A stretch of DNA of 63,667 bases, filler included, from Octopus bimaculoides (Eukaryota): assembly GCF_001194135.2 (NCBI RefSeq). It is 6 parts of 6 records of this genome, joined end to end, with 100 filler letters (N's around TTAATTAATTAA, not from the genome) between each part and the next. Parts side by side here need not be neighbours in the genome. Positions count along the whole stretch, not along the records: positions 44,037 to 60,867 come from NC_068985.1; positions 60,968 to 63,667 come from NC_068981.1; 4 more parts are not named here. One strand, 5' to 3'. A program made the position numbers and the translations under genes. Positions 50,280-63,667 of the stretch are shown piece after piece. How positions within the stretch are numbered: position 1 is the stretch's first letter; each line of letters opens with the position of its first letter. The notes below the pieces were generated by a model that ran no database searches, was not told the origin of the DNA, and worked only from the letters and a program-made list of their open reading frames with translations.

Positions 50280-52149
50280 TTTCATGGATATTAGTTGCAT
50301 ATCTAGACATGCTCATATATATTTAAATGATAAACTTTTGAGTAGTTTTACAGATTTTACAGGTCCAGTTATGGATTGGATCTGTAGTCATCGAATTAGT
50401 TTTCTCCTTTCTGGTTTTGAGAAGCCTAATTTCTCAAGATTTGTATTTAGGCAGTGTGCTACATATCCCAAGGCCCCAATAATTACAAGTATAAACCTAA
50501 AGTTGTAATCTGGATAGAGTAACTGCAGATTTCTCAATAGCTCAGCATAGGTGTTCTCCTTTTTAGTGATCTTCAGTTTTATGTTAACATCCCCTGGGCA
50601 GTTAATTTCCAGAACTGTGTGCAGTTCCTCTTCTCCATCCCAAATCATTATATCAGGTCTATTGTGCTTACATTTTATTGAGGTCTTCACTGGTACATTC
50701 CACCAGTATTCCCTTTTATTTTGAGTGGATATGGCCTCTACCATATTGTGGGTTCTTATTTCTTTGTCCTGGGAGTTATCCTTCCGACGGATTTCATTAT
50801 AGAGTGTCCTAGCTACAACATCAGGTCTCATCGGTAAATAATACCGTGATGATATTTTCGGACAACTGCTTGTGATGTGGGTGATATCTTCAGTTTGAAC
50901 TCTACAAAGTCTGCATAAGTTATCACATTTTACGGCCTTTCCTGCATTTCTAACCCTTTTGTGCATCCGGTACTTGGTTGATATTTCCTGTTCCTGGATT
51001 GCAAACGCATACCCTTCAAAGTGGGAGGTAATAATCCGGCTATTGGTCCACGATAAACTGTTTTTATGAGTGATGTTACCATCATCATGAAGCTTTCTAC
51101 TAACATAGCCATGCATAGTCTTCTGCTCATACAAGCTCATCCTTTCATCTGATATGTTGTGGTAGAATCGTGCGACTTCTTTGGGCATGTATTCTAGGTT
51201 ATCAGACAAGGAGTGTTGCTCAAGGAACTGCCTTCCAAGTCATATGATGTTATCAGCCTTGTGTATGCAAACTTGGTCAAGGAATGCACTTCGACACTCG
51301 GTAGTTAAGAGATGTTGCCAAAGGGATATGATGCGACATTTAAAGGCATTTTGGATCGATGTTAAGTCTCTGCCGCCTTTGTCTTAGGTAGGGGCAGTCC
51401 ACGTTATTGTTTATGCGGAAATAATGTGTGGTTGTTAGTATTTTTCGGGTTTTCACATCAATAGCTCGGATCTCATCAAGCGTCCAATCAAGCAGCCCAA
51501 ATATGGGCCGCTGTTTTATTGAAAGCAGAAAGTTCTGAGGTCCAAATTTTCATAACTCGGCTGTAATATTCTTTAGTGACACGTGTTTTGTTACAGGTGC
51601 CATTGTAAGATATATTTTCGTCCACCCCTAGATACCTGTAACATTCGCTACTAGACTGGTTTATAGTTCCTCTCCTCTTTACAACCAGATAACAACATTT
51701 ATCCTGACCAAACTCCAACCCAACATCCTTTGAGAATCTCGTAACTAGGTCAATGTTTTTTTCATCTCATACATATTCTTCGCATAAAGTTTTAAGTCAT
51801 CCACAAAGGAACAGTGTGTAATTTTGGTATTTCTATTTCCTTGTGAACCCGTGAGATATCCTTCAGACTTCCTTAACATGAATGCCAAGGGGTTTATAGA
51901 AAGTGTAACAACATCACAGAGAGACTGTCTCCTTGGAATATGCCTTTGCGATACTGTATTCTATCGGTTATAATGCAGTTACTCTTTCTGTTTAATTTTA
52001 AGATGGTGGCCCACGATGAAGTCAGATCAGCTATGGCTTCGACTATTCTCACTGGAACTTTAGCAAGTTGAAGGGCTTCTAGCATCCATGAGGTGGGAAC
52101 AGAGTCAACGGCTTTCTGTAGTCTAGCCACATTGAAACTAGGTTTCTCC
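50280..52149 (-). mobile_element. R4/Dong-like non-LTR retrotransposon, 5'-truncated (RT, CCHC knuckle, restriction-like endonuclease)
   Basis: WLDYRKAVDSVP, RKGIFQGDSLS, HCSFVDDLKLYA, YRYLG; ORF 50388-51209 with CRLC-X8-H-X4-C and NRPDIMIWD...LEINCP. Confidence 0.9.
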
Positions 52150-52411
52150 TATGTATGTATGTATGTATGTATGTATGTATGTATGTATGTATGTATGCAT
52201 GTATGCATGTATGTATGTGGTTTCTGGACGAATGTGTCCAACGAATTCCAGATAAACTACATAACACCGGCTATATCACTGCAAACAATAACTCTCAGCT
52301 TGAATAGGCTATGGTGCCCAAACAACGACTGATATGAAACATCTGTGCTTTCCAAGTTGTGCTATCATTAGACATGGCTTCGGCTAACGTTGTCTAAGTA
52401 TCTAAGTATTG

Positions 52412-52465
<54 letters not shown>

Positions 52466-54379
52466 ATACACACACATAAATATACATGCATAGATGCAGA
52501 GAGAAAGACAAGTAGAAAGAAAGAACGATAGATAGATAGATAGATTAACATCAGTATAATTGTGTTCTGATACAGGGTACATCGAGATTTACGATTTCGT
52601 AATGCTCCAGTTTTGGGTAACATGGGAAAATAGACTTCTGGATTGTAGTGCAAAATTGATTATTTTCTCTCTTACACGTGTTTAGCGGCATAACGACAGG
52701 GGATGGTGGACAACTAAAAGTATATTCATGTGTACGTATCTTTCGCTCGGCCTCTTTTTATATCGTCCTGTCTTTGACGTCCATATATGTACATACAAAC
52801 CTGTGCACTCGTATGTATGTATGTATGCATGTATGTATGTATGTATGTATGTATGTATGTATGTATGTGTGTATGTATGTATGTGTGTATGTATGTGTGT
52901 GTATATATACATTTGTATATATAAGTACGTATACGTATTTAATATACATGCCTATACATACATACATACATACATGTATATATGTATGTATATATGTATG
53001 TATGCATGTATGTATAGGCATATATATTAAATAGGTATACGTACTTATGTAAACAAATATATATATATATATATGCACACACATAGATATAAATACTTAT
53101 ATATGTGTGGTTGTATAAATTCATGCAAACCTACACACGAAATGCATACATACCTACACACAGACAGACACATACACACATACGCGGACACATCTGTACA
53201 TACGTACATACATACAGACATACATATATATATACACACACACATACACAATAACATACATGCACACTAACATACATGCACACATACATAAATACATACA
53301 TACATACATACATACACACATACATAAATACATACATACATACATATGAATAGGTATAAATATATTTATACGCTCACAGATACATGCATATATTCATATA
53401 TGTATGTATATATGTATCTGCGTGTTTATGTATACATGGATATATAAGATATATACACATATGAATGTATGTGTTTGTGTACAAATTATAAGTTAATAGG
53501 TAATTAATGTTTTTCATATGAAAAGAGACTTTAAACACTATACATTTCTAAGTAACAATTTCAGAAGGAAAAATGTATCATAAAATTACTGATGGGAATC
53601 AAAGCGTGTATTATGTTGGTAAAGATATAATCACATTTAAATGCTTACATATAACCACATGCGTCCACATACACAAGCACACACAGACACAGTCACAGAC
53701 ACACATACACAGACACACATACAGACACACATACACAGACACACACACACATACACTATGTATATACATGAGATTGTATGTGTTTATGCACTCGTATGAT
53801 TAATGTGTGTATGTATTCAATTGTAATATGTCTCGTCGTCTTAATATGTATATGTATTAGCAAGTTTTTTTCCAGGGTATTTAATTAAAGACGTGACTTT
53901 CATTCCGTTTTGTACAACATCGTATTCTGCATTTTTAAATACTAGTTTACTTCTTACATTAACTCATTTTATCTTGCTCTTTAGATCTTAAGAATATGTA
54001 TTTATATTCCTTTTCTTTTATATTCATTAGAATTCTTCCTCGAAGGAGGGAACAAGTTTGTAACAGAACAAGAAAATTGCACCGTTGGAATTTTGTAACA
54101 ACAACGATAAGTGTTACATGTTGAACTTTAGTGTTCCCCTTGCAGATTGTATTTATAAACTGTGTGCCAGCCGATCATGTTTCCATTGAAAATTCTAGCT
54201 TTTTGAGATTCTCAGATATTTAATGACAAAACGAAACACGTTGACAATTATTGGTATAAATGTGAAATTATAATCTAAGTAGAGGAGCTTCAGGATATAT
54301 ATTTTGGAAGAGATATTTACCTATTTGGGCAGCTAAGCTTTTACGACTATATATGTCTTAAGTCTTGAATAAGCTATAT

Positions 54380-55420
54380 TTCAAATGCAGTCTTCCGTTA
54401 GTTGCCTTTGCAACTGCTACAGCTATCAATCTGAATGAAACTAACGAGGTAGTTGCCTCGAATTTGCGAGCAATAAGAGCAAAATCCTTCTCAAGTTACA
54501 AGTCGAACCATGCTACTAACCATAGTAAGGAAAAGCAATAAGCTTGAATGCTCCGACATAAGACTAAAGAAAAATCTCGATAAGATATACCTTTGATCAT
54601 AAGTTTGCCAGATAGGTTTGCTAAACAGCAAAAGTAATAACAACCAGCCAATCGGAACACTTTGAAGGTATACTGGCTCTTGCGAGCTGGCAGAAACGTT
54701 AGCACGCCGGGCGAAATGCTTAGCGGTATTTCGTCTGCCGCTACGTTCTGAGTTCAAATTCCGCCGAGGTCGACTTTGCCTTTCATCCTTTCGGGGTCGA
54801 TTAAATAAGTATCAGTTACGCACTGGGGTCGATGTAATCGACTTAATCCGTTTGTCTGTCTTTGTTTGTCCCCTCTGTGTGTAGCCCCTTGTGGGTAGTA
54901 AAGAATTAGCATATAAATAACTTGCAACACTGAAGAAAAGTCGATGGAAGCTCTCCAAGAGGTAGCAGGCAAATATTCCTCAAATCAAACTCATACTTTA
55001 TACAACGTAACGGTAGATCTTAAAAAGGAGCCGATAATGAACGAAATACTTTTGATCATAAGTCATATATACTCTAAGACTAAATATATACTCTAGACTA
55101 AAGAACGACACCAATAACAACATGCACCAGTAAATAACCTTAGAGAATATCCCTGAAATCTAATCAGGTTGTCTTGAAATGGATAACGTAGTGGGTGATG
55201 TAGTGCTAGACACACTACGCCCGAATACAAAAGACAAGACGACATTTGGAATGCATTTTGGAGACAGGTATGGTCAATGTGAGTTAACATAAGTATAAAA
55301 CAACCATAAAAACGTAGTTACAACCAGCAACAACAACAATTACAATAACAACAAAATCAACTTGGAATCAATATCTGGTAAAAACTACCAGTGTATTAAT
55401 ACGTAGACGCTTCACAAAAG
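54380..55420 (-). pseudogene. Possible second class A GPCR pseudogene, interrupted by a SINE
   Basis: Successive hydrophobic segments over frameshifts: INTLVVFTR, KLILLLL*LLLLLVVTTFLWLFY, VVLSFVFGR, ALHHPLRYPF, KVIYWCMLLLVSFF, [SINE], KVFRLAGCYYFCCLANL, SLLLFLTMVSS...SQIRGNY. Confidence 0.35.
54682..54906 (+). mobile_element. SINE family A, well preserved
   Basis: A-box-like tggcagaaacgttag, B box gagttcaaattcc, core gtcgactttgcctttcatcctttcggggtcgattaaataagt (Meta-domain-like, from memory). Confidence 0.92.
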
Positions 55421-56694
55421 GAACCTATTAACACATTTCTTTTGCAGCCATTCAGTCACCATATTTGTTGGGATCAATAGTAAATGAGAACGAATAAAGA
55501 GTGTATAAATTCAATTAACTACAATATATAAAACACCTGAAATTTTACAGATGAATAACTAGACCAATAGCAATAGCGTCATTGGACAGTTAAATGACGA
55601 AACAATGGAATATATATATAGAGTTATTAATATTTCTAAGTCTCTCTAAAGGAGACTACGGCAGCGGTACTGGAAATTAATAGTTATCGCCAAGCCAACA
55701 TGGCAGTCCCAAAATTAGGNNNNNNNNNNNNNNNNNNNNNNNNNNNNNNNNNNNNNNNNNNNNNNNNNNNNNNNNNNNNNNNNNNNNNNNNNNNNNNNNN
55801 NNNNNNNNNNNNNNNNNNNNNNNNNNNNNNNNNNNNNNNNNNNNNNNNNNNNNNNNNNNNNNNNNNNNNNNNNNNNNNNNNNNNNNNNNNNNNNNNNNNN
55901 NNNNNNNNNNNNNNNNNNNNNNNNNNNNNNNNNNNNNNNNNNNNNNNNNNNNNNNNNNNNNNNNNNNNNNNNNNNNNNNNNNNNNNNNNNNNNNNNNNNN
56001 NNNNNNNNNNNNNNNNNNNNNNNNNNNNNNNNNNNNNNNNNNNNNNNNNNNNNNNNNNNNNNNNNNNNNNNNNNNNNNNNNNNNNNNNNNNNNNNNNNNN
56101 NNNNNNNNNNNNNNNNNNNNNNNNNNNNNNNNNNNNNNNNNNNNNNNNNNNNNNNNNNNNNNNNNNNNNNNNNNNNNNNNNNNNNNNNNNNNNNNNNNNN
56201 NNNNNNNNNNNNNNNNNNNNNNNNNNNNNNNNNNNNNNNNNNNNNNNNNNNNNNNNNNNNNNNNNNNNNNNNNNNNNNNNNNNNNNNNNNNNNNNNNNNN
56301 NNNNNNNNNNNNNNNNNNNNNNNNNNNNNNNNNNNNNNNNNNNNNNNNNNNNNNNNNNNNNNNNNNNNNNNNNNNNNNNNNNNNNNNNNNNNNNNNNNNN
56401 NNNNNNNNNNNNNNNNNNNNNNNNNNNNNNNNNNNNNNNNNNNNNNNNNNNNNNNNNNNNNNNNNNNNNNNNNNNNNNNNNNNNNNNNNNNNNNNNNNNN
56501 NNNNNNNNNNNNNNNNNNNNNNNNNNNATATATATATATATAGTCAGTAACTGCGAGGATATATTAATCTCTTAAAGGGATGATTTGATCCGAGTTACTC
56601 TGGTTTAATACCATATATTGTTGAGAAATATTTCTTCAATATAAATAGGTATATTATAAATATATTATAAAGTAAGAAAATGGATATAAAATCA

Positions 56695-56960
56695 ATCTAT
56701 TAACATCTTACTATAATGGGTGTTACGTCCGTCCGTCTGTCTGTCTGTCTGTTCCCTCTTCACGGTCAAACGGCTGGACCAGTGGTCACGATGATTTTTG
56801 GGGATTACGAAGGAGGTAATCAGGAAGGTTTTTTGCGAAACAAAAAAACAAAATGTAAAAAGGTATGATTATTTAGTGAATATTGAGTGTTGCATTAATA
56901 AATCACCTTTGATCTTTTTTGTTAAAATTCCGGAGACGAGGATTAACTCTGGATTTCTCC
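56695..56960 (+). mobile_element. Helitron/DINE-like non-autonomous element, 5' part
   Basis: tactataatggg...(gtct)n-gttccctcttcacggtcaaacggctggacc, similar to DINE/Lep1-type 5' blocks. Confidence 0.4.
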
Positions 56961-58099
56961 CACACCGTATAGTTTGTTAGTTTAGAAGGTTTAGATTTGT
57001 GATATCTCTTTATTTCCCATCGTAGGTGGGTAGATTTGCTATCTTACTATAATATGCGTTATGTTGGTGGAACAGTAAGCGGATCTGATTAGCTGCCTTG
57101 CGAAAGCTCTTCTAGGTATGTGCCCCCTTCTGACAGCAACGCCGGCAACACTACTTGTGCCGAGCTGTATTTGGCTTTCAAGTGGCGGCCTTTGTTTTAG
57201 ACGACCTCGATGGCGTGGAAAGGGGAGACTTGCCAGCCCTGGCTAAGCCAGCGCGTGCATATACAGATATATGGTCAAAGTTGACTGATAGAGGCTCGAG
57301 AAAATGACTGGCAACAAGGTATTGTTAAATGACTTCTGGAAAGGTAATTACGCAACTGATGTAAGTAATATATTGTTAGAAACGTGGGAGAAACTATTTT
57401 TGCCTAGAAATATAACCAAGAAACATAATGTTATAGTAAATATTTATAGGTCGTTCCGCATTCTCTTGCAAAAAAAAAGAAAGTATGTACTTTTGAAGTT
57501 GAGCAAAACAAAAGTACCTATTGACATTTTGTAACCATATTTCTTTCAACAATACATCGATCACGTTGCAAATATATCTGTGTGAATATAATGAAAGAGC
57601 CAGTAACACAATTTAAACACTTATACAAGAAACCAGAGCATTAAGAGTTACAATAAAGCCTTTATCTAGAGGGCTGTTAGCAAAAGCACCACTGAGAAGG
57701 TTCTGAAACATTCTAAAAGTGATTAGAACAGAAATTGACTCCACTAATATCATTAGTTCCTGCAACAATGCCGCAAATTAGTGGCAAAAGTCAACACTTT
57801 GACCCTCCGAATCATTGTAATGGCTTATGATTCAACCACGCTTGGGCAATAAAGGCTAAATTGTATGATGAACGGAGGAGTGATGAGCAGTAACTGTTAC
57901 GGTATGTTTACGCCACTCTCTCTGTATACGTTCCTAATGACACACAAACACGCACTTATAAACGAACACAGACAAACACGTTTGCATACACAAATATGTG
58001 CGTTTTTGTGCGTAAGGGAGAATGCGATATATCAACTACTACAAATCAGCCAGAGTTGATGCATACGTTGCCTGAATGGAAATCCTCTTTCTCTTTACC

Positions 58100-58193
<94 letters not shown>

Positions 58194-59029
58194 CTGTGTC
58201 AGTTTATGCGTGTATGTGCATGAGTGAGCATGATGTGTGTGCATGCGCGTAGATAAGCGTATGTGTATATGTACATAATATATAGATATACAACATATAT
58301 CGTATACATATAAAGTATGTATACATATTGTCTGTATATGCGTGTTAGCATGTGTGCTTGCTTGTGTGATTGTGTGTGTGTGTGTGTTTGTGTGTTTGTA
58401 GTGGGAGAAAAAGAAAGAGAGAGAGATTACTAAAGAAGCAAGACAAAAGACTGGTCTATTCATGAAGTTTCTCTGTGCTTCAAATATCGCATTCTTCAGC
58501 CTTTCTATGTATAGACTAATCGTATACATAAATATATTTTATGCTTTCATCATTTTCTTCCTCCCACATTTTCCTAGTATTGTTTTGAGTGGGCAGTTTT
58601 GTTTAACTCCAGCTCAGCATTGATAGAATAATACCGTGGTGGGAGTTATTACAACCGTATCAATCCCATAATGTTTTAGGGGCTATATTGAATTACATTA
58701 CCAAACATGTTATTTCTTTATTCAAAACTGTAGGATGTGACTTGTAGTTGATTTGACCTACTAATTTTAAGAAATACAATTATCACGTAGAAGGTCAATT
58801 TCAGATTCATGTTTGCATTGGGGTATACCATGGCACGGAGATAAGCTGTGAAGGGGTCGATCTGCGAGAACTTTTTCACTTTCTATTGCGCTAGGATAAT
58901 CTAGGCTTTTTGGAAGATATCTTATTTTAAGATGTGTTATCATCCTTCATGTTTGCTTCGCAGTCCTGAGATCTCAGATTTTATCCCACTGTGTGGTGTT
59001 TTGAGTAGTGTCTTTATTTATGTATTTTA

Positions 59030-59198
59030 GGCCCAGGAGTGGCTGTGTGGTAAGTAGCTTGCTTACCAACCGCATGGTTCCGAGTTCAGTCCCACTGCGT
59101 GGCACCTTGGGCAAGTGTCTTCTACTATAGCTTCGGGCCGACCAGAGCCTTGTGAGAGGATTTGGTAGACGGAAACTGAAAGAAGCCTGTCGTATATA

Positions 59199-59229
<31 letters not shown>

Positions 59230-59607
59230 NNNNNNNNNNNNNNNNNNNNNNNNNNNNNNNNNNNNNNNNNNNNNNNNNNNNNNNNNNNNNNNNNNNNNNN
59301 NNNNNNNNNNNNNNNNNNNNNNNNNNNNNNNNNNNNNNNNNNNNNNNNNNNNNNNNNNNNNNNNNNNNNNNNNNNNNNNNNNNNNNNNNNNNNNNNNNNG
59401 TGTCTGTGTTTGGTCCCCCCCCAACATCGCTTGACAACCGATGCTGGTGTGTTTAGGTCCACGTAACTTAGCGGTTCGGCAAAAGAGACCGATTGAATAA
59501 GTACTAGGCCTCCAAAGAATAAGTCCTGGGGTCGATTTGCTCGACTAAAGACGGTGCTCCAGAATGGCCGCAGTCAAATGACTGAAATAAGTAAAAGAGT
59601 AAAAAGA
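59030..59607 (+). mobile_element. SINE family B (CORE-SINE), full length with internal microsatellite and gap
   Basis: tRNA head tggctgtgtgg / gagttcagtccc, CORE-like gtggcaccttgggcaagtgt, (TA)n, tail gactgaaataagtaaaagag. Confidence 0.92.
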
Positions 59608-59759
59608 GAGAGTATACATACACACACACACACGTACATACATACATACATACATACATACATGCATACATACATACATACATACATACACACACACACA
59701 TATAAACATGTATGCATGCACACACATACTTAAATACAGATGTATATATGAATGTCTTT

Positions 59760-59970
59760 CGGTCAGTGTTCGTCTCCTGCCACCGAACCACCGATTGACA
59801 ACCAGTGTTGATGAGTTTATGTCTCCATAACATAGCGGTTCGGCAAATGGGACCGATAGAATAGGTATCAGGCTTTAAAAAAAATTGTACTGGGTTCGAT
59901 TGTTGCGGTTTAAATTCTTCAAGGCGCTGTCCCGCTTGGTCGCAGTCTATTGACTCAAACAAGTAAAAGA
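59760..59970 (+). mobile_element. SINE family B 3' half, diverged
   Basis: catagcggttcggcaaa...gatagaatagg...aaacaagtaaaag. Confidence 0.75.
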
Positions 59971-59980
59971 TCTTGGAATC

Positions 59981-60111
59981 TACAGGGTGTCCACAAAGTT
60001 TGGGTACATGGGGATTAGCACATACTTTAAGAAATTAATATTTCTTATATTTAATTGTTTATGTTATGATTTTATTTACTCCAGTTACCCAGACTTTGTG
60101 GACACCGTGTA
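59981..60111. mobile_element. 131-bp Tc1/mariner-type MITE
   Basis: TACAGGGTGTCCACAAAGTTTGGGTA ... TACCCAGACTTTGTGGACACCGTGTA. Confidence 0.85.
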
Positions 60112-60689
60112 TGACGTCGTGGTTTATGACTGGCGTAAAACCCTTTCAACGAAAATGTTTTATAAGCACATTATTTATTGGAATGAGACGACAATGTTGC
60201 GGTAGTGACTTACAAAAACGAGAAACACGTTTTCTGTACGTTGGGGCTTTTCAATACCGTACACTCCTATGTGAAATAACAAGGCAAAATTTGTAGAATA
60301 CTACACTCGCTAGTATTACGAAAACTTGCCGGCCTTAAAAAAATAAAAATCGGTGAACGCAATTGAAGCAGCATAAAGACAAAAGGTGATTTTGCTTGGG
60401 AAGAGAACATTTTTATTAATTAAATGTTATGATTTATGGCATTTAAAATCTTCATAATCAAAGGATTCCTTATTCTCACTTCAGATAGTTGAGTATGATT
60501 TCTAAAACGTCTTTAATAATCTTTTCAAAATTTATCATCCATCGCTACACTTCAGTGACGTGTGATTATTTCTACAGCTCAATTAAAATTGTGTGTGCAA
60601 GCATACATACATACGTAGGTACACACATACATGCATACATACACATACAAATATATATACACTTACACATACACACATACACACACACA

Positions 60690-60726
60690 TCTATCTATCG
60701 ATCTATCAATCTATCCATCTATCTAC

Positions 60727-60775
<49 letters not shown>

Positions 60776-60784
60776 AATCAATCA

Positions 60785-60854
<70 letters not shown>

Positions 60855-60855
60855 A
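60690..60855. repeat. (TCTA)n microsatellite
   Basis: Seen directly; many further (TA)n, (CA)n, (TATG)n and (AAT)n tracts occur across the window. Confidence 0.95.
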
Positions 60856-61489
60856 TATATATATATANNNNNNNNNNNNNNNNNNNNNNNNNNNNNNNNN
60901 NNNNNNNNNNNTTAATTAATTAANNNNNNNNNNNNNNNNNNNNNNNNNNNNNNNNNNNNNNNNNNNNTATATGTGTATGTGTGTGTGTGCGTGTATGTAT
61001 GTATGCATGCCTGTATGTATGTATATATATATATACTTATATATATATATATATATATATATTTCTAAAATACCTATTATAGAGGTACTACATTGTGCAA
61101 TTAGTCCTGAGAGATATTTCTTTTTACAAATATCTGTTGTTCAAATTGTGGGAGACTGGTATAGTTATGTACAGTACTGTGCGTATTACAAAACGTGTGG
61201 CCGACCGTGTTTGAATGTGTGTGTGCGTAAGTAAGTCTGCACATATTTGTATGGCATGTACGCGAATTGGGAGTTCGTGCGTTTTACTGCCTGTGTATGC
61301 GCCTGTGTTTAGTTATCTAATTGGTATTTTTAGATTTTGCTTCTCGAAAACAAAAAAAAATGCTTGCAATAGTGATTATAAATGAATGTACAGATTGAAC
61401 GTTTCTTGAAATAAATAACTGAATGTTTATGTTGTGTATTATTACATTTCAATTGTGCTTGATGTAATTATATACATACATTCACACAC

Positions 61490-61524
<35 letters not shown>

Positions 61525-63083
61525 CATATATATACGTATATATATATATATATCTTATTTATATATATATATATCTTATATTTATATATATATCTACATA
61601 TATATATATATGCCACCTGTATACACAGACATTTATATACATATATGCGAAAATAAGTGCACACTGACACTGCACACGCATGCACACACATACTCACACA
61701 CACACATACGCACACAAAAATATATGCTGTTTTCACTGCACTTGCCTGAATTTTCGTATGTGTGCAAAAACATTTGTGTGTTAGTCTCTTTATAAGCTTT
61801 TTCGTGTGTAAATAATAAATATCTTTATGTGAATATTTATTCATTCAAATATTTATTTCAATAATTTCATCTTTAAAAAGTTAGTCTAAGTATTAAAATG
61901 ATGGTTTGAATAAAGGTGTAAATTGAAGCAAATTGAAGCAAATTGAAAATATCCAATTATATTTTATATTATGTAAGAAAATTTATAACGGTTTCCAGGG
62001 GATGATACAATTATAAATTATATGCGCATACATATTTATATATTAACACATACATTCATACATATATGAAGATGCACACAAGCATTCATGCACATAAAAG
62101 TATAGGAACACACAGACACACACATACACCCGTTCATAAGCATGTATACAGACACACACACACACACACATGTATTTACCTGTATACAAACATATATTTC
62201 ACGTGTATATACATAAACACATTCAAATTCTCTATTTCCCTCCATTACATTATTTTTCGCCCCCTTCTTTACACCGTTGTCTATTTAATTATATTTTATT
62301 CTCATCTCCGACACTCTCTGCTCTTTATTATTTCCGTTATCTCTGCGATTGTTTCTTCACTGTCGATTTATCATTCTTTTCCTCTTGGCTCTGCTGTTGC
62401 ACTACATTTCTCTCCGCTTCTTTAATCCGCAGTTCACCATCATCCCGTTATACTTTTATCTTCCGCTTCATACTTCCTTGAAATGAATGTTATCTTCGTA
62501 AATGACCTTTTTTCAGATCTGGGTTTGTTTCATTCATTTACCCACTTTTTTCGCTACAATTGATATTTGTTTTGTTCTCTTAATGTTACTTCACACAATT
62601 TCCGTAGATCCTATCGTTGTAACGAAAAACGTTACGTGTATACTTTTGTAACTTTGCTGCCTTTGTTTCCCACTTCGTGTCTTGATTTATCGCATTGGTC
62701 GAAAGCTGTTCGTTGGTGATCATCATTGTCTTTACTTTTGATCATTCATATTTTCCTTTTAGTTCTCTACACCTCATGACCTTCCACGGTGCTGATAACA
62801 CACGATTGCATATTATTGTCGGAATATATAGAAATTATACCGATGTTTGGTCAACAATTTTTAAGCAATATATTCAGTTATGGCGGTTTCTTTTGTCGGT
62901 CATACTTAGAAAATTCTCTGTCAAACATCTGCACCCAATTATCAATTATTCACACACACGCACACACACACACACATTCACTCACATACACACACACTCA
63001 CACACACACACACACACAAACACACGCACACGCACATTCATACAGACACACAGGCACACTCATACACACACACTTACACACAC

Positions 63084-63118
<35 letters not shown>

Positions 63119-63667
63119 AAGTATAGAGCAGACAGTAGTTTATCAATTTATCACAATTGAAAGTGAGTAAGACTTAATATAATCTACTATGCATTCGATA
63201 AATATTTTAGGTGAATGTTTTCATGCAACATAGTTCTTCATATATATAGGTTTTTGATTATGCAACCGTTTACCTGTATAATGAGATCTAATTGTATTTC
63301 CTCATGTGATATTCAATTGCTGTCACCGTTAGGTAATATATCTGCGACTTCGATGCTAATACATCCATCTGCCATGTTTGAATTTAGTAGACGCTGGCAG
63401 TTTCATTCCGCCTTCTGTTAACGTGCTTCTGCGTGTCTGGTATGAGTGGATCAGATGTATTGTATATCTTGGTCCTATCCGATTTTTGATCTCTTCCTCA
63501 GGGAAAATTTTATTATCCGACCTTCAATATACGGTGGTACAGATGGTTCAGAAACACACAAAATCTCACCCACATACATTCATGTATGCATGCCCATAGA
63601 CATACATAAGCTCACAGATACCTTCATACATATACAATTACATACGTATATATATATATATATATAT

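Noticed and set aside
63380-63530. Minus-strand EEEIKNRIG resembling an RTE RT thumb
   Set aside because: Too short and decayed to support a feature call.

Overview
AT-rich, microsatellite-dense eukaryotic scaffold with roughly 5.8 kb of N gaps. The SINE families and repeat style match what I recall of Octopus genomes, so the taxon is an inference. I find no intact protein-coding gene, rRNA, true tRNA or CRISPR array; most ORFs in the supplied track are microsatellite or N artefacts. The window is mainly decayed transposable elements: two Penelope-like (GIY-YIG) fragments, an R4/Dong-like and an RTE LINE, a DD36E Tc1 element, mariner elements and MITEs, a Chapaev3-like element, Helitron and HINE-like pieces, and five tRNA-derived or related SINE families. 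There are also two possible class A GPCR pseudogenes. The most notable signal is a set of type I hammerhead ribozyme folds: four with an intact CUGANGA/GAAA core (38384-38429 on minus; 43627-43689, 46697-46772 and 47016-47107 on plus), plus truncated and decayed relics. One sits in the tail of a tRNA-headed SINE-like cassette, and the same cassette also follows a Penelope ORF 33 nt after its stop. One lies inside a TA-flanked element with 45-bp terminal inverted repeats. Two have predicted cleavage sites 336 nt apart. All folds were made by eye and none is tested.
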